Both the position numbers and the translations under genes were made by a program. The notes under the pieces are model-generated. The model had not been told where the DNA came from. It saw only the letters and a list, made by a program, of their open reading frames with translations, and did no database searches. Shown here one piece after another: positions 58,340 through 64,000 of a stretch of 64,000 nucleotides of DNA. Every line of letters starts with the position of its first letter. The first letter of the stretch is position 1. The DNA is taken from positions 45,286 to 109,285 of the forward strand of contig CBDCYT010000006.1 of the NCBI GenBank assembly GCA_965224325.1. Reading direction: 5' to 3'. Origin of the DNA: Dehalococcoidia bacterium (GTDB taxonomy: Bacteria > Chloroflexota > Dehalococcoidia > Lucifugimonadales > UBA3495).

Positions 58340-58840
58340 ATGCCCGAAAGCAAGCCCATGAACTTCAGAGTCGGCATCGGGTTCGACGCCCATCCTTTGG
58401 TCCCCGGCCGCCCATTGGTGTTGGGCGGAGTCACCATTCCCTACCATCTGGGCCTGGCAGGCTATAGCGATGGGGATGTGCTGGTCCACGCCGTCATGGA
58501 CGCTCTGTTGGGGGCTGCCGGACTGGAGGACAAAGGGTCGCATTTCCCCTCTGACGACCCTGATTACAAAGATATTTCCAGCCTGCTGCTGCTTTCCGTC
58601 ACGGCAGGCTTGGTTCAGGCCGCCGGTTGGCACATTTCCAACGTCGATGCTACAATGTTGGCGCAAAAGCCCAGGTTGGGGGCCTTCCTATGGACAATGC
58701 GCGGGCAGTTGGCCGCGGCCGTCGCCGCTCCTTCCGATCTCATTAACATAAAAGTTACCACCACCGACTACCTAGGGTTCATTGGGCGGGAAGAGGGCAT
58801 CGCCGCCGTAGCGGTGGCATCGCTGATCACAGGGATATGA
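58340..58840 (+). CDS. ispF: 2-C-methyl-D-erythritol 2,4-cyclodiphosphate synthase
   Basis: RVGIGFDAH...GHSDGDV-type motif (GYSDGDVLVHAVMDALLGA). Confidence 0.9.
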   Translation: MPESKPMNFRVGIGFDAHPLVPGRPLVLGGVTIPYHLGLAGYSDGDVLVHAVMDALLGAAGLEDKGSHFPSDDPDYKDISSLLLLSVTAGLVQAAGWHISNVDATMLAQKPRLGAFLWTMRGQLAAAVAAPSDLINIKVTTTDYLGFIGREEGIAAVAVASLITGI

Positions 58841-60243
58841 GGCTTTACAGCACGCTCACCGGCCAGACCCGAGACTTCATCCCCGCTGACGGCAAACACG
58901 TCAAAATGTACGTGTGCGGTGTAACCCCCTACTCTTCTACTCACGTGGGCCACGCCCTCAGCTACGTGGTGTTCGACGTCTTGCGCCGGTACCTGGAATT
59001 CCAGGGCTACGAGGTGCGCCACGTCCAAAACTTCACCGACATAGACGACAAAATCATCCAGAGGGCCCAGCAACAAGGGATTGGCGTCGAGGAGTTGGCG
59101 GAACGGTATATTGAGGACTTCTTCCGCACCATGGACGCCCTAAACGTGACGCGGGCCCACGTGTATCCCCGGGCCACCCAGGAGATTCCCCCCATTATCA
59201 ACTCCATCCGGAGTCTGGTGGACAAAGGCTTCGCCTACCCTGCCGGGGGAGACGTGTTTTTCCGGGTGAACCGCAGCCAGGATTACGGCCAGCTAAGTCA
59301 CCGCACTCTAGATGGAATGATTGCCGGCGCTAGGGTGGAGGTGGACCAATATAAAGAACATCCCATGGACTTCGCTCTGTGGAAGGGCGCCCGGCCCGGG
59401 GAGCCCGCCTGGGACAGCCCCTGGGGGCCGGGAAGGCCGGGCTGGCACATTGAATGCACCGCAATGTCCACCACCTACCTGGGACAGTCCCTGGACATCC
59501 ACGGGGGCGGCCAGGACTTGATCTTTCCCCATCATGAGAACGAGATCGCCCAGAGCGAAGCCGCCACCGGCAGTAAGCCCTTCTCGCGCTACTGGGTCCA
59601 CAACGGCTTGCTCCAGTTGGGGGACGACAAGATGAGCAAGTCCTTGGGCAACCTGATTTCGGCGGAAGAGGCCTTGGAGCGCCACGACCCTGACTGTCTG
59701 CGCCTTTATTTTCTCAGTTCCCACTACCGTAGCCCGCTGCAGTTCAGCGACGAGGGCTGCAACGCTATGGAACGGAGCGCTCAGCGGCTGCGCCACGCCC
59801 TGGACCGGGAAGGCGGGGACGGGGAACCCGCTCTTATCGCCAAGGATTACGAGACTCGATTCCTGGAGGCCATGGACGACGATCTAAACACTCCCAGGGC
59901 GCTGGCGGCGCTTTTCGATTTAGCCCGGGAGATTAACCGCGCCCATGACTCCGGCCGCGGCGTTCAGCAAGCCCAAGCCACCCTTCGCCACCTGGGAAGC
60001 ATATTGGGACTAACCTTCCGGAACCAGCCGCAAATGGGCATGGAACACCTGGCGGCCAAGCCGTTTATCGAGCTGTTGCTGGATACGCGGGCCGAGCTCA
60101 GGGGGGCGCAGCAGTACGCTTTGGCAGACCGCATAAGGGTGGGCCTGGAAGGGGAGGGAGTGAGCGTTGAGGACACCCCTGAGGGACCCAAGTGGCATTA
60201 CCGGCCCCAACACGAGCAACCGGCGTGGGAAGACGGCGAGTGA
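58837..60243 (+). CDS. cysS: cysteine--tRNA ligase
   Basis: 468 aa; HVGH (HIGH-type) and KMSKS motifs; ATGA overlap with the ispF stop. Confidence 0.95.
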   Translation: MRLYSTLTGQTRDFIPADGKHVKMYVCGVTPYSSTHVGHALSYVVFDVLRRYLEFQGYEVRHVQNFTDIDDKIIQRAQQQGIGVEELAERYIEDFFRTMDALNVTRAHVYPRATQEIPPIINSIRSLVDKGFAYPAGGDVFFRVNRSQDYGQLSHRTLDGMIAGARVEVDQYKEHPMDFALWKGARPGEPAWDSPWGPGRPGWHIECTAMSTTYLGQSLDIHGGGQDLIFPHHENEIAQSEAATGSKPFSRYWVHNGLLQLGDDKMSKSLGNLISAEEALERHDPDCLRLYFLSSHYRSPLQFSDEGCNAMERSAQRLRHALDREGGDGEPALIAKDYETRFLEAMDDDLNTPRALAALFDLAREINRAHDSGRGVQQAQATLRHLGSILGLTFRNQPQMGMEHLAAKPFIELLLDTRAELRGAQQYALADRIRVGLEGEGVSVEDTPEGPKWHYRPQHEQPAWEDGE

Positions 60244-60323
60244 CCCGGTGTTTCCCGCGATCACCAGCGGTACGCACCAACCCCGGCCCCTTGCTCAAGC
60301 CTAGTCTCAGGCGATAAAAGAAC

Positions 60324-61712
60324 GTGCTGGATAGCTCCACCCTTGAGTCGTTGGAAAAGATTGTTGGGAAGGACCACGTCCTCACCGGCCCGTACGACCT
60401 GGACCGCTACTCCGGCGACGCGCTGACGCCGTTTCGGGCCTTCAGTGCCGCGGGAGACTTAGACCACACGGCGGACGTGGTGGTGCGGCCGGGCTCCGCC
60501 GAAGAAGTTTCAAGAATCGTCGTCTTGGCCAGCGACCGCAAGACACCGGTGGTGCCCTATGGAGGCGGCACCGGCGTCATGGGCGCCATCGTGCCGGTCC
60601 AGGGCGGCATCATCGTGGATATGGGCCGGATGAACCGGGTCTTGGAGGTGAACACCGCCAACCTCACCGCCCGCGTGGAAGCCGGCGTCGTGTTGCAGGA
60701 CCTGGTGGACGCGCTGGCCGAACACGGCCTCATGCCGGGACACGACCCCTACAGTGTGCCCATTGCTACGGTTGCCGGAGCTATATCCACCAACGGGGTC
60801 GGCTACCGGGCTGCGGCGTTTGGTCCCATGGGAGACCAAGTAGTGGCCCTGGAGGTGGTGCTCCCCGGGGGAGAGTTGCTCAGCACCCGCCCGGTGCCAA
60901 AGTACTCCTCAGGACCCAACCTCAACCAGTTGTTCATCGGCTCTGAAGGCGTCTTGGGCATCATCACCCAAGCAACCCTCAAAGTGTACCGTCTTCCCGA
61001 ATCCCAAGCTTTTGCCTCGGTCTCCTTTGAAAGCTTCGACCAGGGTTTCCATGCCGCCGCGGAGCTCCTCGCTTTGGGCATCCGGCCGGCTTTGCTGGAC
61101 TTGACCGAAGAACCGGACGGCATAAACCTGCATCTGCTCTTCGAGGGATTCCGGGAAGGGGTGGCCGCTCAGGAACACCGGGCCAAACAGGTGTGCGCTC
61201 AGTTAGGAGGCCGAGACGCCGGCTCCGAGCTCACGTTGTCTTATTGGCGGGAACGGCATCAGTCCGGAATAAATTACAAGCGAACCGCCCTCGGTAAGCC
61301 TCGCAAGGTCCGGTGGGACCGGAGCGTTGGGCGAGGGTTCGACTACCTTCATCTGGGATTGCCGACGTCAAGGGTGCTGGAATACCGTAAGCGCTGCGAT
61401 GAAATCATGGCCGGCAGCGGCGTAAAGACAGTGGAGTACGCTATCTGGAGCCGTCCGGAAATGTTTTCGATGCTAATGGTCGCAGAGCAGGACGATCAGG
61501 ACAATTACCGGGATAACCTGGCTCAGGTGGTTGAGCGGGTGCTTATCTTGGCGCAGGAAATGGGCGGGGTGATGGAGTATTGTCACGGAGTTGGGGTAAA
61601 GCTGAACCATTTACTGGCGGCGGAATTGGGCTCCGGGCACGACGTTATCCGGGCCATCAAACAGGCGCTGGACCCCGCAAATATAATGAATCCGGGGAAG
61701 CTGGGCCTTTGA
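60324..61712 (+). CDS. FAD-linked oxidase (GlcD-like)
   Basis: 462 aa; FAD-binding PCMH-type N-terminus (PYGGGTGVMGA), C-terminal LDPANIMNPGK. Confidence 0.85.
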   Translation: MLDSSTLESLEKIVGKDHVLTGPYDLDRYSGDALTPFRAFSAAGDLDHTADVVVRPGSAEEVSRIVVLASDRKTPVVPYGGGTGVMGAIVPVQGGIIVDMGRMNRVLEVNTANLTARVEAGVVLQDLVDALAEHGLMPGHDPYSVPIATVAGAISTNGVGYRAAAFGPMGDQVVALEVVLPGGELLSTRPVPKYSSGPNLNQLFIGSEGVLGIITQATLKVYRLPESQAFASVSFESFDQGFHAAAELLALGIRPALLDLTEEPDGINLHLLFEGFREGVAAQEHRAKQVCAQLGGRDAGSELTLSYWRERHQSGINYKRTALGKPRKVRWDRSVGRGFDYLHLGLPTSRVLEYRKRCDEIMAGSGVKTVEYAIWSRPEMFSMLMVAEQDDQDNYRDNLAQVVERVLILAQEMGGVMEYCHGVGVKLNHLLAAELGSGHDVIRAIKQALDPANIMNPGKLGL

Positions 61713-61786
61713 TGGCTTCATCCCGCATCCGGCCGCGCTATTCCCCAAGTAGCTAGCACCCCTTGGGACAGGAGCGCCGTAGAGAC

Positions 61787-62779
61787 ATGGACAGACCCAG
61801 GGCTTTCGTCACGCGGCAAATCTTCCCCGAAGCCGTGGAGTTGATCGAACGGGCGGCCCAGGTGGAAGTGTGGCCCAGCGAGCGGCCCCCAAACCGGGAG
61901 GAGCTGGCCGGTAAGATTGCCAGCTGCGACGGCGTATTGACCAACATCATGGACCGGGTCGACGCTTCGCTGCTGGAGGGCGCAACCCGGCTAAAGGTCA
62001 TCAGCCAACTGGCAGTAGGCCTGGACAACATAGACGTGGCCGAAGCGTCTCGCCGGGGCATTCTAGTGGGCAACACGCCGGGAGTGCTGGCCAAAGCCAC
62101 GGCGGACTTGGGCTTTGCGCTGTTGATGTCCGCGGCCCGGCGCGTCAGTGAGAGTGAACGGTGGGTGCGGGCGGGGCGGTGGGAGATGGCCTTCCATCCC
62201 ATGTACTGGTTGGGCGTCGACGTGCACGAAGCCACACTGGGCATCGTTGGTCTGGGCCAAATAGGACTGGAGATGGCCAAGCGAGGCCTGGGCTTTGGTA
62301 TGAAGATCATCTACTATTCCCGGAACCGCAAGCCGGACCTGGAGCAGCGCTACGGCTTGGAGTACGTCGCGGCTGATACTCTTTTCGGCTCCGCCGACTT
62401 CGTTTCCCTGCACGTTCCGTTGACGCCTGAAACCCGCCACTTCATCGGAGAGCGGGAGCTCCGCATGATGAAACCCACCGCCGTCTTGGTCAACCTGGCC
62501 CGCGGCCCGGTGGTGGATGGGGAAGCGCTGTACACTGCGTTGAGCGAAAATTGGATTCGGGCCGCCGCTTTGGACGTGACCGACCCAGAGCCGATTCCCC
62601 TGGACCACCCGCTGCTGACCCTGGACAACCTCGTAATATCTCCCCACATCGGCAGCGCTTCTTTGACCTCTCGCCGCGAAATGTGCCTGCTGGCCGCCCG
62701 CAACTTGGTGGCCGGGCTGGAGGGACAGCGCTTGGAGCATTGCGCTAACCCGGAGTTGTATGCGTCCAAAGGACTGTAA
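61787..62779 (+). CDS. D-2-hydroxyacid dehydrogenase (glyoxylate/hydroxypyruvate reductase-like)
   Basis: GIVGLGQIG NAD motif, catalytic R..E..H context (ISPHIGSAS); ATG 61787 preferred over 61763. Confidence 0.85.
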   Translation: MDRPRAFVTRQIFPEAVELIERAAQVEVWPSERPPNREELAGKIASCDGVLTNIMDRVDASLLEGATRLKVISQLAVGLDNIDVAEASRRGILVGNTPGVLAKATADLGFALLMSAARRVSESERWVRAGRWEMAFHPMYWLGVDVHEATLGIVGLGQIGLEMAKRGLGFGMKIIYYSRNRKPDLEQRYGLEYVAADTLFGSADFVSLHVPLTPETRHFIGERELRMMKPTAVLVNLARGPVVDGEALYTALSENWIRAAALDVTDPEPIPLDHPLLTLDNLVISPHIGSASLTSRREMCLLAARNLVAGLEGQRLEHCANPELYASKGL

Positions 62780-62826
62780 AGAGACCGGCTTGGGGGGGTT
62801 AAAGGGATGGAGCCTCGAGAAGACGG

Positions 62827-62914
62827 CGGAGAGGGCGGGATTCGAACCCGCGAGAAGCTGTTAACCTCTACGCGATTTCCAGTCGCGCCCGTTCGGCCGC
62901 TCCGGCACCTCTCC
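62827..62914 (-). tRNA. tRNA-Ser (anticodon GGA), long variable arm, CCA not encoded
   Basis: Hand-folded: acceptor GGAGAGG/CCTCTCC+G, anticodon arm CGCGA-CT GGA AA-TCGCG, T arm GCGGG-TTCGAAT-CCCGC. Confidence 0.9.
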
Positions 62915-62999
62915 AACACCACTGCAAAACCCGGGCCGGGTCCCTGACGTCAGGCAAGCCGCGTGTCCCGATTCCAGGCAGGGCGTAAAGCCATGCGCA

Positions 63000-63029
63000 A
63001 TTATATTCAACGGACAACGCGCCTGTCCA
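63000..63029 (-). promoter_or_regulatory. possible promoter for tRNA-Ser (TGGACA-18 nt-TATAAT)
   Basis: Read by eye on the minus strand, about 80 nt upstream of the tRNA 5' end. Confidence 0.3.
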
Positions 63030-63553
63030 CCGCTTTACTTTGAAGCTTTTAAGCAACTGTCCAGAGTTGGCGAGTCCAATTCGCCGAAAGCGGCTTGATA
63101 ATCACCGGCCTGAGCTTCAACAGCAGAGATTAAACCTCTGATTACCAGCCGTCAGGTACTCGGCTCCCCTCAAGCTTGAACAGCTACGCTTTCGATAGAC
63201 GAGGTCATTTGTGGCCCAGGAACCCCCCGGCAATGGGCACTCCGGCCCGCTCCGGACATGCCCGTGGACCCGTGGGCAAGCACCTATGGTCCGCCTTTGG
63301 CGAATGCGGGTCAGGGGAGGTGTGCTCCGACGTCTGCAAGCAGACGGTTACCAACAAAAGGTCCTGTCAATCAACCCTGTTTCAATCGTCGCCCTATGTA
63401 CTCTATAATATCCCCAGCTCATGGGGTGGTCGTTGACGTTGTGGCCCCTATCGAGCCGGAGTTGGGATGCAGGGCGGCCGGGCTGGTTCCCATGAACTTC
63501 ACGTCGCGGCGGCATCTTGTCCCAAGCAAACCTCATAAGGAGTTGAGCATTAT

Positions 63554-63877
63554 ATGGCCGAGTCAGGCTTTGTGAAAATTGCTGAAATGGGCGATCTTTC
63601 ACCGGGTGAAATGATGGCGGTGGACGTAGGAGACCAGCGGATATTGCTGGCCAACGTGGATGGGAACGTGTGCGCCATCGACGATACCTGCACCCACGCC
63701 TACGCTTCTCTATCCGACGGGGACCTAAGCGGGAACGAGGTGGAATGCCCGTTGCATGGCGCAACGTTCAACGTACACACGGGTGAAGTGTTAACGCCTC
63801 CGGCCCCCGATAGTGTCAAGGCGTACGAGCTGCGCATCGAAGGTCAAGACATCCTGCTCGGTCCGTCAAAGGCGTAG
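63554..63877 (+). CDS. Rieske [2Fe-2S] ferredoxin (oxygenase ferredoxin component-like)
   Basis: 107 aa; CTH...17 residues...CPLH Rieske ligands; AAGGAG upstream. Confidence 0.85.
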   Translation: MAESGFVKIAEMGDLSPGEMMAVDVGDQRILLANVDGNVCAIDDTCTHAYASLSDGDLSGNEVECPLHGATFNVHTGEVLTPPAPDSVKAYELRIEGQDILLGPSKA

Positions 63878-64000
63878 TCTGGCTAGATAGGCGCTTTGGC
63901 TGGGCCGTCGGGCACATTCCGACAGGCCGTCTAGCCAGCTATCCGGCACCGCACCCGTGGCTGAGAGGCAGGCTGAACGTCTTCGCCCGGTCTAGTGTCG

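Noticed and set aside
46077-62914. Genomic island bounded by tRNA-Pro and tRNA-Ser
   Set aside because: The interior contains housekeeping genes (ispDF, cysS). There is no integrase, and I saw no duplicated tRNA 3' fragment.

Overview
GC-rich bacterial chromosomal segment. I see no rRNA, no CRISPR array and no transposase or integrase gene. About 60 protein-coding genes and 2 tRNAs can be supported. Housekeeping blocks are acpS-nnr (ATGA-coupled), metF, leuB, argJ-argB-argD-argG, HIT-yqeK, yacL-ispD-ispF-cysS, tRNA-Pro(GGG) and tRNA-Ser(GGA). Most of the rest is paralogous catabolic enzymes: 5 luciferase-like (LLM/F420-type) oxidoreductases, 2 class-III CoA-transferases, 2 acyl-CoA dehydrogenases, 2 enoyl-CoA hydratases, 2 SDRs, a MaoC hot-dog pair, an aldo/keto reductase, Gfo/Idh/MocA, a D-aminoacylase-type amidohydrolase and a Rieske ferredoxin. 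I associate this mix with marine Chloroflexota of the SAR202 type, but that is inference only. Four things are not explained by the ORF track. (1) An unlisted 106-residue ORF (31623-31943) has an in-frame TGA followed by a bacterial SECIS-like hairpin with a GGTC apical loop, making it a candidate selenoprotein. (2) Eight copies of three related, mosaic, hairpin-module MITE-like elements are present. Five single insertions show 8-12 bp target-site duplications, including insertions inside the arg and isp operons. (3) A 1.54-kb composite insertion is bounded by two such elements and a 9/10 direct repeat. It carries an intact orphan ORF and an HTH gene broken by tandem duplications. (4) Short tandem duplications and VNTR-like arrays are common in intergenic DNA and at gene ends. 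All protein names come from my own recognition of motifs in the supplied translations. No database search, RNA covariance model or folding program was run.
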